Positions 63,707 through 64,000 of a DNA stretch of 64,000 nucleotides are shown here, one piece after another (within the stretch, counting starts at the first letter, position 1; every line of letters starts with the position of its first letter). Under the pieces are notes generated by a model. It had not been told where the DNA came from. It ran no database searches and was given only the letters and a program-made list of their open reading frames with translations. The stretch is from a bacterium. GTDB lineage: Bacteria > Cyanobacteriota > Sericytochromatia > S15B-MN24 > UBA4093. The stretch spans positions 54,547 to 118,546 of the forward strand of contig JAGIBK010000003.1 in NCBI GenBank assembly GCA_017744355.1. The letters are read 5' to 3'. The translations under genes were made by a program, and so were the position numbers.

Positions 63707-64000
63707 ATGAAGCGCTCATTGGCGATCGCCTGCATCCTGACCCTGTCCTGCCTCGGGATGGCCCTGACCTGGCAGAGCTGGCTCGTCTATCCAGTCTTGC
63801 TCGGGGGGCTCGTCGCCATGCTCGCCGTGAGCCGCGAGAAGCTGGACGTGGCGTTCTACCTGCTCGGCCTGACCCTGGGGGCTGCGATCGACGTGGGCCA
63901 GACGGCCTCGGGCGTCACGGTCTACGCGGCTCCGGCCTGGCTGTTGTTCTTGCCGGGCTTCGTCTTCTTGTACTGGGCACTCGCGGGCATCGCCCTGCGC
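63707..64000 (+). CDS. Hypothetical integral membrane protein, partial (continues past the window end)
   Basis: AGGAGG RBS 7 nt upstream of ATG 63707; translation MKRSLAIACILTLSCLGMALTWQSWLVYPVLLGGLVAM… is strongly hydrophobic with GC-biased third positions. Confidence 0.5.
   Translation, partial: MKRSLAIACILTLSCLGMALTWQSWLVYPVLLGGLVAMLAVSREKLDVAFYLLGLTLGAAIDVGQTASGVTVYAAPAWLLFLPGFVFLYWALAGIALR

Noticed and set aside
1-64000. Search for tRNA, rRNA, transposase/integrase or prophage signatures
   Set aside because: No tRNA-like T-loop/anticodon architecture, rRNA-like segments, transposase or integrase motifs or terminal inverted repeats were seen by eye; a proper tRNAscan/Infernal run was not possible, so small RNAs cannot be excluded.

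Overview
This 64-kb window is a GC-rich, densely coding stretch of bacterial chromosome. The ORF track is dominated by long Arg/Gly/Pro-rich shadow ORFs antisense to or frame-shifted from the real genes, so every call below was made by motif reading, GC-biased third codon positions, start codon and RBS context; nothing was searched against a database. I support about 59 protein-coding genes, and found no rRNA, tRNA, CRISPR array, transposase or integrase by eye. The organism is a diderm (TolC-family proteins, RND and MFS tripartite efflux, chaperone-usher-like pilus); the sigma factor resembles cyanobacterial group-2 sigma-70 factors, but I cannot assign a lineage. Recognisable content: NHL-repeat surface lipoprotein, Bcp peroxiredoxin, a Ser/Thr kinase pair, SAM methyltransferase, MarR-EmrA-EmrB-TolC efflux operon, NadE, diheme cytochrome c, PepA, HD-GYP phosphodiesterase, nitrilase-superfamily hydrolase, MnmA, TetR-SDR-aldehyde dehydrogenase cluster, NUDIX hydrolase, pseudouridine synthase, two sensor histidine kinases, thioesterase, CopZ-like metallochaperone, S8 protease, PlsB-like acyltransferase with GpsA, CzcCBA efflux divergent from a Spy/CpxP-like gene plus two-component system, an MCP and an acyl-CoA synthetase. 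The most interesting candidates are: (1) a tightly coupled minus-strand operon of patatin-like phospholipase, NurA nuclease, an unknown 191-aa protein and HerA ATPase, a combination I do not recognise as a described system; (2) a receptor-like Ser/Thr kinase co-operonic with a NERD nuclease-domain protein fused to a degenerate pseudokinase domain, plus Bcp; (3) a tandem pair of secreted proteins with RGG/FG-repeat and Trp/Tyr-rich tails, each behind a conserved ~220-nt leader; (4) an archaic chaperone-usher-like pilus locus with SCPU-like pilins.
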